Of a DNA stretch of 64,000 nt, positions 38,673 to 48,336 are shown piece after piece. Every line of letters begins with the position of its first letter. Position 1 is the stretch's first letter. Source of the DNA: an uncultured Planctomycetaceae bacterium (lineage in GTDB: Bacteria; Planctomycetota; Planctomycetia; Planctomycetales; Planctomycetaceae); the NCBI GenBank assembly GCA_963815195.1, contig CAWFGE010000012.1, forward strand, positions 992,001 to 1,056,000. Direction: 5' to 3'. The notes below the pieces were generated by a model. The model worked only from the letters and a program-made list of their open reading frames with translations. It had not been told where the DNA came from and made no database searches. Position numbers and translations under genes: made by a program.

Positions 38673-41600
38673 TCAGGCGGCCAGTTGGTTTTCCCGCGCA
38701 TCGGCGGGAGTCCAAATTTCATCCTGAAAGCCGGCCCGCATTTTGAATTCCATGTAAGCACAATACAGTGTGGGCACGATGAACGATGTGAATGGTTCGA
38801 TCAGCATGCCGCCGAACACCGGCAGCGCCATCGCCCGGGCCACGTCCGCGCCGCGTCCTGTGGAAGTCAACACGGGCACCAACGCCGCCAGCGTGGTGAG
38901 CGTGGTCATCAAGCAGGGACGGACCCGCTTGAGGCCGGCTTCGTAAATCGCCTCGCGCAAGTCGTCCACCGTCTGAATTTTCCGGCGTTTGAGCACCTGG
39001 CGGATGTAGGTCGCCATCACCACCCCGTCATCGACGGCCACGCCGAACAAGGCGATAAAGCCCACCCAAATCGCGGTGTTCATCTTCACGTCCATCAGGG
39101 CCACGGCGATCATCCCGCCGGCAAACGACACCGGAATCCCCGAAAACACCACCAGTGAAATCGGCAGGTTCCGAAAGTCGAGGTACAAGAGCAGCAAGTT
39201 GATCAGCATCACCGCGGGCACGATCCACATCAAACGCCGATTGGCTTCGATTTGATTTTGAAACGAGCCCACAGCTTGCAGTTCGAAATTGCCTTCGGGG
39301 AATCTCAAGTCGCCGGAGGCCCGCGCGGTTCGCAAAGAGTTCATCACCGCATCCACGGTTTCCAGATCGCCCGTCATGCCGGACGGGGAAAACGCGACGT
39401 GCGCGACCAGGCGGGCATCTTCGCTGTTGATCGCCCCCGGTCCCCAGGTCGTCGTAACCTGAGCCAACCGCTCCAGCGGGACGACTTCTTGGGAATGCGT
39501 GACGACGGGCACCTTGTCCAGTTCGTCCAGCCGTTCCCGCACGTTTCTTTGGTAGCGAATCTGGATGGGATAACGCTCCCGGCCTTCGACCGTCGTCGTC
39601 GCATCCACGCCGCCGAGGCCTGCCGAGACAATTTGATTAACCATCCGCGTCGTCATCCCGTAACGGGCCGCTTCCTCGCGATCGACCTCGAATTCATAAT
39701 ACGGCTTCCCCATCACGATGTCCGGGTTGACTGTGCCCGCGTTGACGAGCGGCAGGGTTTTCAGATGCTCGGCCACGGCGAGCGACGTTTTTGCCAGTCC
39801 CTCCAGGCTGTTGCCGTAAACGCGAACGGCCATCGACGCCTTGATGCCGCTTTGCAGCATGACGACTCGGCCTTCAATGGGTTGCAGCGGCGAAGCGGGC
39901 GTCACGCCTGGCAGCGTGGCCACGCGGTTGATCTCGTCCCAAATCTTGCGGGGGGTCATGCCCTCCCGCCATTCGCTCTTCGGTTTGAGCATCACATAGG
40001 TTTCAACCATCGCCGCGGGTGCGGGATCGAGGGCCGACTCGACCCGGCCGATTTTGCCCAGGACGTTGGCAACTTCGGGAATGCCCTTGATCAGCGCATC
40101 CTGCGTTTGCAACACTTCCATCGCCTGGGAGAAACTTGCGGCCGGGTACAAGCTGGGCATGTAAAACCAACTGCCCTCGTCGAGTGCGATCCAATCGTCG
40201 GTCTTAAGGCCCGTGAACGTGTGTTTGGTCTTCACATAACCGGGCACCTGATTGAGATCCGCACCGAGCATCAAACACGCCTTTTCGACGGGCCGAAGCA
40301 CCGTCGGCAAGCCGATCCAGGCTCCCAGTCCGATCACGAAAATGATGCAGGGAAACGAGAGCATCAGCACTTTCCGGCGGAGGGCCATCCGCAATCGGCC
40401 CGCATACACCCAATGCACGAATCGGCTGACCGGGTTCTCTTCCATGGGCCGAATTTTTTCCCGCATCATCCACCAGCCAATAAAGAAGCCCAAACCGAAG
40501 CTTGCCGCCGCGAACCATTCCGCCTTCCACCCCGTCGAGACTTCGAGCCGATGACCCCACACGAAAAAGCACACGCCGCCGGCTAATCCCGCAAAGCTTA
40601 TCGCGGCCGCGAGGTTCGTCCGCCACGAAGTACGGGAGGACTTGAGGAACAATCGGCAGAGCAAAGGCACGATGGTCACGGCCACAATCAGGCTGGCCGC
40701 GAGCGCAAAGGTTTTCGTCCAGGCCAACGGCGCGAACAAGCGGTGATCCCGCCCCGTCAGAAAGAACACGGGCAGGAAACTGACGATCGTTGTGCTGACC
40801 GCCGTCATCACCGCCGGCACCACTTCGCTCGCCGCTTCGCGAATGACTTGGAGTCTGCCCCGGGCTCCCTCCGGCGAGCCCGCGGCTTCCCAGTCTGCAA
40901 GGGCTCCATAGATATTTTCCAGTACGATGATGCCCATATCGACCATCGTGCCGATGGCGATCGCAATCCCCGCGAGCGACATAATGTTGGCATCCACGCC
41001 GAAGACTTTCATGGCGATAAAGGACATCAACACGGCCATCGGCAAGGTGATCGCAATCACCAAACTCGCCCGCACATGCAGCAGAAACAGCACCATCACG
41101 GCGATGGTGATCAGAGTTTCGTGCACCAACGCGTTCGACAGCGTGCCCACGGTTTCATCGATTAACAGCGTGCGGTCGTAGATGCCGTGGATTTGAATGC
41201 CGCCGAGTTCCGATTCCAGCGCGGCGATCTTTTGCTTCACGCGGGCAATCACGTCCCGCGGGTTTTCGCCGTAGCGCATGACGACCACGCCGCCGACCGC
41301 TTCTTGACCGTTCCAATCCAAAGCGCCGCGGCGAAACGCGGGACCGATTTGGACTTGGGCCAGGTCTTTGATCCGCACCGGCACGCCGTCGCGGGTAATG
41401 ACCACCGTGTTCTCGATCTGCTCGATCGTTTCCGGTTCGGTCTTGCCCGAGCCGATGAACCCCTTGCCCCGCACGATGAACTCCATGCCGTTCGATTCGA
41501 CGGTCTTGGCTCCGACATCAATGTTGGAGGATTTCACCGCATCGATGACCTGGCTTAAGGGCAGGTTGTGATAGCGGAGGGCATCGGGATCGATCTCGAT

Positions 41601-42161
41601 TTGATACTGCCGGACGTATCCGCCGATCGAAGCGACCTCGGCCACGCCGTCCACGGATTGCAGCGCAAACTTGATGAAGAAATCCTGCCGGGACCTTAGT
41701 TCTGCGAGGTCCATCCCCTCGGGCGGCTCCAAAACGTAGTAATAAATTTGCCCCAAGGCGGTGGCATCCGGGGCGAGCGTGGGCGTGACGCCTTCCGGCA
41801 GCGCCCCGGCAACGGTCGTCAGTTGCTCCGCCACGCGGGACCGCGCCCAGTAGAAATCCACGCTATCGTCGAACGTCACCTGCACGAAGCTGAAGCCGAA
41901 CATGCTCTTGCCGCGCACACTCTTGGAACCGGGCACGGCTTGCAGGGCGACCGACAGCGGATAGGTGACCTGGTCCTCGATGTCCTTGGGCGATCGGCCC
42001 GGCCATTCCGTGAGCACGATCACCTGGTTCTCGCCCACGTTGGGAATCGCATCCACGGGAACCTGCTCTGTGGAATACCAGCCATACGCGATCAAAGCGA
42101 CGGATAGGGCGAGGACCACCAGGCGTTCGCGGAGACAAAAATCCAAAATTTTTGAAATCAT
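38673..42161 (-). CDS. cusA: CusA/CzcA-family heavy-metal RND efflux permease
   Basis: DAIPNVGENQVIV, IEDQVTYPL, SLAGIAIAIGTMVD, DPAPAAMVET, RVRPCLMT. Confidence 0.93.
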   Translation of the reverse strand: MISKILDFCLRERLVVLALSVALIAYGWYSTEQVPVDAIPNVGENQVIVLTEWPGRSPKDIEDQVTYPLSVALQAVPGSKSVRGKSMFGFSFVQVTFDDSVDFYWARSRVAEQLTTVAGALPEGVTPTLAPDATALGQIYYYVLEPPEGMDLAELRSRQDFFIKFALQSVDGVAEVASIGGYVRQYQIEIDPDALRYHNLPLSQVIDAVKSSNIDVGAKTVESNGMEFIVRGKGFIGSGKTEPETIEQIENTVVITRDGVPVRIKDLAQVQIGPAFRRGALDWNGQEAVGGVVVMRYGENPRDVIARVKQKIAALESELGGIQIHGIYDRTLLIDETVGTLSNALVHETLITIAVMVLFLLHVRASLVIAITLPMAVLMSFIAMKVFGVDANIMSLAGIAIAIGTMVDMGIIVLENIYGALADWEAAGSPEGARGRLQVIREAASEVVPAVMTAVSTTIVSFLPVFFLTGRDHRLFAPLAWTKTFALAASLIVAVTIVPLLCRLFLKSSRTSWRTNLAAAISFAGLAGGVCFFVWGHRLEVSTGWKAEWFAAASFGLGFFIGWWMMREKIRPMEENPVSRFVHWVYAGRLRMALRRKVLMLSFPCIIFVIGLGAWIGLPTVLRPVEKACLMLGADLNQVPGYVKTKHTFTGLKTDDWIALDEGSWFYMPSLYPAASFSQAMEVLQTQDALIKGIPEVANVLGKIGRVESALDPAPAAMVETYVMLKPKSEWREGMTPRKIWDEINRVATLPGVTPASPLQPIEGRVVMLQSGIKASMAVRVYGNSLEGLAKTSLAVAEHLKTLPLVNAGTVNPDIVMGKPYYEFEVDREEAARYGMTTRMVNQIVSAGLGGVDATTTVEGRERYPIQIRYQRNVRERLDELDKVPVVTHSQEVVPLERLAQVTTTWGPGAINSEDARLVAHVAFSPSGMTGDLETVDAVMNSLRTARASGDLRFPEGNFELQAVGSFQNQIEANRRLMWIVPAVMLINLLLLYLDFRNLPISLVVFSGIPVSFAGGMIAVALMDVKMNTAIWVGFIALFGVAVDDGVVMATYIRQVLKRRKIQTVDDLREAIYEAGLKRVRPCLMTTLTTLAALVPVLTSTGRGADVARAMALPVFGGMLIEPFTSFIVPTLYCAYMEFKMRAGFQDEIWTPADARENQLAA

Positions 42162-44125
42162 TGTCGCCCCTCCTCCGGTTTCCCGGCAACACGTTTCACC
42201 GGGACCGGCGAGTCAGAATCCGTTTGAGCTTCCTGACCTTCGACCGGTTCGAGGGGCTGGGGGCTGCCGATCGGAGGAAGAGACATTTCTTCTCCCTGAC
42301 TTTCCAGGCCCTCCTGATTCTTTTGTGACTTCAATTTCGCGAGATATTTTTCGGGTTCGCTTAAGAGGCTCTCGCGGCATTGGTCGCAGCACAGGAAAAC
42401 CGGCGTGCCGTTGACTTTCACTTTGAGCGGCGTGCCCATCGTGCCCAGTTGCAGATTCGTGACGGGGCATATTCGTTGCCGGACTGCCTGGGCTTGGTCC
42501 TCCTTGGGCAGTTTTTCGATCGCGGCCAGCATGATTGGCGTCGGTTCGCTCCGCTCGCGGGGAATGGCTTTGGTGGGATCGATCAGCGACGGGTTGCCGG
42601 CGAGTTGCATTTGCGAATCGATCAGAAAGTTGCCCTTCGTCGCGACCTGTTCGCCGGCTTTTATGCCTTTCAGGATCGCGATCGCTTCGCCACAAATCGG
42701 CCCCAAGGTCACGCGGCGAATCTCAAATCGGCCTGGCTCGGTTTCGACATAGACCACGCTCTGGTTCCCCGCCATCAAGACCGCACTGCGGGGCACGACA
42801 AGGGCTTCGCTCTTCGCTTCCGGCTCATCGGTGAAACCCAAGGTCGAGGCCGGAACCAGATCGACGCCGCAAATCCGGCACTGACCGGGCGAGGATTCGA
42901 CGACATGCGGATGCCGGGGACTGATCCACTTATTGGCCAATTGGGGATCATAAATCGGTTGAGGATTACCGGGAGAGCTGACCATCGGAACGTCAATTGT
43001 GGCTTTAGCGTAATCGCCGACGCGGAGTTGGGCGGATTCATTGGGAATCACCACTCGCACACTGACGGTGCGGGTTTTGGGATCGACCTGCGGATCGATA
43101 AAGGCCACCCGCCCCGTGAACTCCCGCCCCGGCAGCGACTGGAGCTGGGCGGAGACTTTCTGCCCGTAGCGAATGCTCGCGGCATCTTCGGGAAAGAGTT
43201 CCAGCATCAACCACACCGTGGACAGATCCGCCAGTTGATAAATCGCCTCGCCTTCCTTGACGTACTGTCCCTCGATGGCGTTTTTTTGAATGACCGTGCC
43301 GTTGATCGGAGCATAAAGATGCATTCGGCTGCCGGCTTGGCCCGTGCGCTCGATCTCGGCGAGTTGCGATTCGGTCATTCCCAATTCGATCAGCCGCCGC
43401 TTCGAGCTTTCGTAAAGCTCGCGGTTCGACAGCGCCACCCGGCGGAGCGTGGAAGATTCACTGTCCCGCAAGGCCTTCTTGGTCAGGAGCATCTCGACCT
43501 GGCCGGCATAGAGGTCCGGCGAATAGACCAGGGCGAGCTTGTCGCCCTCATGGACGACAACCCCGGTATAGTCCGCGTAGAGTTTTTCCAATCGGCCGTC
43601 GACATAGGCCGAGAGCGTTTTCAGATTGCCTTCGTCATAAAGCAGCTTACCAACCACGCGGAGCGTGCGGGTCATCGGCCGTTTGGCAACCGCGACGGTC
43701 TGGATGTCGGCCACGCGGCGCGCGACCGGATCAATCCGAATCGAAGTCGAACCGCCCTGGCCGGCCCCTGCGGTTGTCGGCACCAGTTCCATGCCGCACA
43801 CCGGGCACCGCCCCGGCTCTTTTTGCGGAGGCGTGCACATCATCGGGCAGATATAGAGTGTGCCCTCGCTCCCTGCCGAGGCGTGGCTATGGTTGTGCCC
43901 GTCTTCGTTTGCGGACAGCCAGCCGAACTGTTGCGCCACCCCCAGCCCGGCAATCATGCCTGCGCCCCCCATTACAAACAGGACCGGTTGCAAAACCAAT
44001 TTGATCCACCACCGCCGGCTTTCGAGACGTTTCTCCGCCGGGTTGGCGACCGGCGATTGCCGACGGACCGGAGGAACTTCCACCTGTGGCTCCTGCGGAG
44101 AAGCCGATTTTTCAATCTCATTCAT
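42158..44125 (-). CDS. cusB: CusB-family RND periplasmic adaptor with heavy-metal-binding and YHS domains
   Basis: YICPMMC...CPVCGMELV, LYAPING, GNFLIDSQ, C-terminal CPVT...CCDQC; ATGA overlap with cusA. Confidence 0.9.
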   Translation of the reverse strand: MNEIEKSASPQEPQVEVPPVRRQSPVANPAEKRLESRRWWIKLVLQPVLFVMGGAGMIAGLGVAQQFGWLSANEDGHNHSHASAGSEGTLYICPMMCTPPQKEPGRCPVCGMELVPTTAGAGQGGSTSIRIDPVARRVADIQTVAVAKRPMTRTLRVVGKLLYDEGNLKTLSAYVDGRLEKLYADYTGVVVHEGDKLALVYSPDLYAGQVEMLLTKKALRDSESSTLRRVALSNRELYESSKRRLIELGMTESQLAEIERTGQAGSRMHLYAPINGTVIQKNAIEGQYVKEGEAIYQLADLSTVWLMLELFPEDAASIRYGQKVSAQLQSLPGREFTGRVAFIDPQVDPKTRTVSVRVVIPNESAQLRVGDYAKATIDVPMVSSPGNPQPIYDPQLANKWISPRHPHVVESSPGQCRICGVDLVPASTLGFTDEPEAKSEALVVPRSAVLMAGNQSVVYVETEPGRFEIRRVTLGPICGEAIAILKGIKAGEQVATKGNFLIDSQMQLAGNPSLIDPTKAIPRERSEPTPIMLAAIEKLPKEDQAQAVRQRICPVTNLQLGTMGTPLKVKVNGTPVFLCCDQCRESLLSEPEKYLAKLKSQKNQEGLESQGEEMSLPPIGSPQPLEPVEGQEAQTDSDSPVPVKRVAGKPEEGRQ

Positions 44126-44270
44126 AACCGTCTCACCGTATGGGATAGGCGTCAATCTGAAGAACCCTATTCCCTGCGTCAGCGGGCGTCTCCGGATGAT
44201 GGAGACGCTCCACAAAGCGCAGGGCCAAAGCCATTGCGCACGCTCAGCGCAGCGTGAGTGGTAGGATCGC

Positions 44271-44672
44271 TCAGATCAGCCAGCAGCAGAGCCAAACCTG
44301 CCGGTAAGTCGGGGAGAGAGAGAAGCAGCAAGCGTCGGCGGGATGCGAAGGCCGTCCGGGATTTTCCTCCACGGACAAGGCCGTTCGCAGGCCATCCAGC
44401 ATTCGCACGCTCACCCGGTCTTTCGAGGACTGTCTCGGGTGGGGTGTCGCGGGAGGCCCATCGCCTTGGAAGCACGGACACATTGCCGTGGGAGCGGGTT
44501 GGCAACAGCAATCGGCTGGGGATAAGCTCGATCCGCCGCAATGCCCGCAGCAAGATTTCACGGACTCCTGTGCGCACACCGCGCCCTTCGCATCCATCGC
44601 CGGCACGAAGCCCGATAGGGCCACGCCCACGATCAGCAAGAATGCCAGAAGTCTATCCAACAGGGATCGCAT
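44271..44672 (-). CDS. Cys-rich small protein with N-terminal hydrophobic segment
   Basis: CCGHC, CCC, CPC clusters; ends WLCCWLI*. Confidence 0.7.
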   Translation of the reverse strand: MRSLLDRLLAFLLIVGVALSGFVPAMDAKGAVCAQESVKSCCGHCGGSSLSPADCCCQPAPTAMCPCFQGDGPPATPHPRQSSKDRVSVRMLDGLRTALSVEENPGRPSHPADACCFSLSPTYRQVWLCCWLI

Positions 44673-44861
44673 GAAACAAAATCCATCTTCCAAGAGGCTG
44701 CTATCTCATCATCTTGCCCCCACCCGCCGAAGTCAAGGCTTTGTCTGCCGACTCGGGGTTTGGGATTCGCGGAACCTCGGCGAAACCAGGCATTGCTCGG
44801 GAAAATGGAGCCGGCCGACTCGCGTTCATTCCGCGCGCACAAAGAGCGCCGGTTCGCCGGT

Positions 44862-45347
44862 TCAAAGCGTGAAACGACAAAGAGCCGCGCAGCGATCCGC
44901 TGCCGATGAGCTATGAGTCGAAGAGGAAACGATGCCATCGCCTTGAGCGGTTTGAGCCAGCGGAACGACAAGCATCCCCTCTGCAAAATCGGCTTGGCGG
45001 GCGATTTTTTCGTTCAGAGTTTCCTGGGAAATGGGCGCGAACGGCGGAGACGGTTCGCTCTCTCCGCAACGGCAGTTATCCCCGCATGAGCAATGCGAAT
45101 CGGCCGTCTTCGATTCCTGACGGCAGCACGCCGGCGGGGCCGTTCGCTTTTTGCAGCAACAGCATTCCCCACCGTCGCGCGTTGCCTTCGAGCAGCAACA
45201 GGCCTTCGTCTGCGTTTGGGTCTCGACCGCTCGATTGAGGCAAGCCTCCCCGCAACCGCAATCCGCCGCGGGCAAGCTCTGCGCTGGTATGGCGAGGGCC
45301 ATCAGCCAGATCACCAACCGGCCGGCGATTGAGTTGCGGAAATCCAT
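44862..45347 (-). CDS. Second Cys-rich small protein with N-terminal hydrophobic segment
   Basis: CGC, CCC, CCCC, CSCGDNCRC; ends ALCRFTL*. Confidence 0.7.
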   Translation of the reverse strand: MDFRNSIAGRLVIWLMALAIPAQSLPAADCGCGEACLNRAVETQTQTKACCCSKATRDGGECCCCKKRTAPPACCRQESKTADSHCSCGDNCRCGESEPSPPFAPISQETLNEKIARQADFAEGMLVVPLAQTAQGDGIVSSSTHSSSAADRCAALCRFTL

Positions 45348-45760
45348 TTCCATGATCCGGGAGTTCAATCCAGCGAATAAGCGTGTCTTCAAAGCCTATC
45401 GGCAGCATTGGGTCCGATTGAGAATTGAGAAATGCAATTGTACAAAAGCTAGATTTACGAATCGGACGATTCCAACGACGGCGGGAGTTTCCAAAGATGC
45501 GGAAAGTTGGTCAAGGGGAATCGGTGTGCGTCATTCCATCGGCACGCATCGCCCGTTTGGTCAGAAGCGGTAAATTGAGTTGCAAAGCTCGTATCCCATC
45601 GTAATTCACATTATTAAGCCAATTCGTCGGTTCCTCTTGGAATCCAGTTTGAAGTTTTGACTTTGGGCAGCTAGAATTTCCCTAACAAAACCGGTGAACG
45701 GTCCCAAAATATATTCCAGGCGATGAGCGCCCCTCGGTATCTGTAGCCGATACCGGAGGG

Positions 45761-45955
45761 GCAGTTTTAATTGCCGGCTGATGATCGCGACCTGCTGTTC
45801 CCGAATGATTTTCTTATCGTCGGGTTCGATCAATTGGAGAGAGTCCACGACGATCAGCCCCAACCCGCCGCGTCGCTTCCGCAGCCGGGCAGCCGCCGCA
45901 ATCTGAGCTATTTTGAGTCCCGCCCTGTCGTTTATGACGATGGGGAAACCGGATA
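45761..45955 (-). pseudogene. dnaB: Fragment of replicative DNA helicase DnaB
   Basis: GLGLIVVDSLQLIEP...REQQVAIISRQLK matches the DnaB DYLQL...R.QEV..ISR.LK region. Confidence 0.7.
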
Positions 45956-46215
45956 GCTTGTTTTGAGCCTCGCAAACGCTAGCCTTATCCTCGGAAGTTC
46001 CTTTTGATGATCGACGCCGGAATGCCGGAAAGACTCGCCAAGAGCCTTTCGCAGAGTTCCTGGCGAGATTGCTCCAGACTGAAAATCAGGGCGGGATCCT
46101 CGCATTTGGCGACGTTCAGCGTGACACAGCCCGCGAGCGCTGTGGGCGTGCACACCGTACATCGGCAATCGTTATGCAGTCGCCCGCGGTCCCGGAGTCG
46201 GTTACGCAAATCCGT

Positions 46216-46277
46216 CACCGGTCTTGAAAACCGGCGTGGCGTCACAACCAGCGGGGGTTCGAATCCCCCGCTCTCCG
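46216..46277 (+). repeat. att site: third copy of tRNA-Ser 3' end with two substitutions
   Basis: Matches 18856-18917 except C>G at 46251 and 46270. Confidence 0.92.
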
Positions 46278-46404
46278 CTCTGGACATCCCACGCCAATCG
46301 ACGCCATGGGCGCCGGTTCGGTACTCGGATCAACCGGTCCAATTCCAGCCTTAGATCGGTTCGATGTCTCCGATCTGGCGAATGGACGGCATGGTGAATC
46401 CTCG

Positions 46405-47970
46405 TCAATGAACGCTCGCGGGGGTTATTCGGCTGTTGGGAACGGGCCAGAAGGCCTCCGATTCTTCGGCGGTGGCCGACTCGTCCCGGGGCTTTTGATC
46501 GCCATTGGCCGTGGGGTTCGGATTTTCGGGCCGCGGTGGTTGGGCTTCGGGTTTCTCGGCTTCGGCCGGGGGCGGGGCGTTCGGCATTGGGTTCGCAGGT
46601 TCGGGAATCGGTCCGAGGAATCCGCCGACGACCCGTTCGAGCTCGGCCAACGTCTGCCGCAGCGAAGCATCGATCCGGCGATAGGCGATCTCGTACCGCA
46701 ACAATTCCCGCCAGTTGTCGAGCAACTGTAAAAAATCCACTTCCCCCACGTTGTAAGCCTGGCTGGAGACTTCAAGCGTTTGCCGGGATCGCGGCAAGAT
46801 GTCTTGTTCAAACAAGGTCAACAAATCCCGCTGGCTTTGCACCTTGGCGAACAGATCGACGACTTGAGCCAAGGTGTTGTCGCGGATCGCGTCGTATTCG
46901 CGCGCCGTCGCCACCGCTTTCGCTTCGACGGAACGGACCTCGGCATCCAAACGCCGGCGATAGACCGGAAGGTTGATCCCCGCCGTCAGCAAAAACGCGT
47001 CCCGCCCGTTCGCCACCGGACTGATCCCGCTGTTCGACACGCCGATCCACGAAAAGCCGACGGTCACATCGGGCTTGTATTCCAACAAGGCCAGTTCGAC
47101 GGCTTGTTGATCCCGCTCGAGTGCCGCCAGTTTTGCGTGCAGTTCGGGGCGGGCGGCGACGGCTTGTTCCTCGAGCGATTCCAAGTCCCGCACGATCTGG
47201 CTCGCGGGCAGCTTGTCGAGAGCCTCGACGTTCGATTGCGGGGCGATGTGCAACAGGCCTGCGAGCGCCGCCTGGCCGCTTTTGCGTTGCTGCCGGAGCC
47301 CGATCAAATCTTTCTGAACGTTGGAAATCTCCAACTCCGCCCTCAGGACATCCTGCTGGCTGGTCTTGCCGGCTTTGTAGCGGGCGTTAGCCACATCGCG
47401 AATTTGCGCAAGCAGATCCTGCTCTTCCTCCGTGACCGCGATCGCCTGTTGAATAAAATACAATTCATAATACGCCCGTTGGACCTGCTCGATGACCATC
47501 AACTCGGCCGCCGCCAGTTCAGCCCGCACGACATCGGTTTCGGCTTCCGCTCGCGCTCCCCGCCGATCCAACTTGCCGAACCAGGGCAACTTCTGATTCG
47601 CGGCCAAAATCGTCTGCTGCTTGCCGGCGGCGGTTTCGACCGGAGAGGGCTGCACCGTCAGGTTGAGCATCGGATCCTGCAAACTGCCCGCGACCGGCAC
47701 CTGATAGCCCGCCGCCTCCAACCGCTTGCGGGCCGCCTGGATCCCCGGGTTTTGAAAGATCGCGGCTTGAATATACTCCTCAACCGGATGCGGCCCTTCG
47801 AGTTCCGCCACGACGGGATCGACGGTTTCTTCCGGAGTCGTCGCGAGGGCCTGTTGGACCTTGTACGACAAATCCGCATACTCGGCATCGTGCGCGACGT
47901 TTGCCGTCGAGCATCCCGAACCCAGGATCCCTAAACCGGCAAACATCAGCACAAAACGTCCCTTGGCCAT
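46405..47970 (-). CDS. TolC/CusC-family outer-membrane efflux lipoprotein
   Basis: Lipobox-like GSGC, NPGIQAA, QKLPWFGK, YYELY, YNVGEVDFLQLLD. Confidence 0.88.
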   Translation of the reverse strand: MAKGRFVLMFAGLGILGSGCSTANVAHDAEYADLSYKVQQALATTPEETVDPVVAELEGPHPVEEYIQAAIFQNPGIQAARKRLEAAGYQVPVAGSLQDPMLNLTVQPSPVETAAGKQQTILAANQKLPWFGKLDRRGARAEAETDVVRAELAAAELMVIEQVQRAYYELYFIQQAIAVTEEEQDLLAQIRDVANARYKAGKTSQQDVLRAELEISNVQKDLIGLRQQRKSGQAALAGLLHIAPQSNVEALDKLPASQIVRDLESLEEQAVAARPELHAKLAALERDQQAVELALLEYKPDVTVGFSWIGVSNSGISPVANGRDAFLLTAGINLPVYRRRLDAEVRSVEAKAVATAREYDAIRDNTLAQVVDLFAKVQSQRDLLTLFEQDILPRSRQTLEVSSQAYNVGEVDFLQLLDNWRELLRYEIAYRRIDASLRQTLAELERVVGGFLGPIPEPANPMPNAPPPAEAEKPEAQPPRPENPNPTANGDQKPRDESATAEESEAFWPVPNSRITPASVH

Positions 47971-48336
47971 CCGTAGTCTCCCCGGCGCAGCCCCACTAGG
48001 CGGTATTATCGATTAAATCGGAAAAGTCGGAGGGCAATCTCTTGGAAATCCTCAAGCAAAGGTGCGCGTTTTCCCAGATCCTCCGCGATTGTGACGGGAC
48101 ATTTCAAAAAAAGCACCGGGCACGGCACCTGGGGCTTTGGTGACGCTGGCGTGAAGCTTTATCCAGCCGGCCCGACTTGGGTGCGGTGCGGAAAGGCTTC
48201 AACCGGATTCGCCGCTCTCTGTCACAACGGCCAAAGAACCGTGGAATTTTACCGGGCGGTCCCCTACGATAGAGATACGGGCCGATGCGGAGAAATTTGA
48301 ACTTTCGCCCCTTGCCAAACCCCGTGAGGGAAGACG

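Larger units (their letters stand above)
33897..46277. mobile_element. Island 2: decayed integrative element with heavy-metal efflux cargo
   Basis: Bounded by the second and third tRNA 3' copies; integrase remnant at left end; several gene fragments. Confidence 0.8.
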
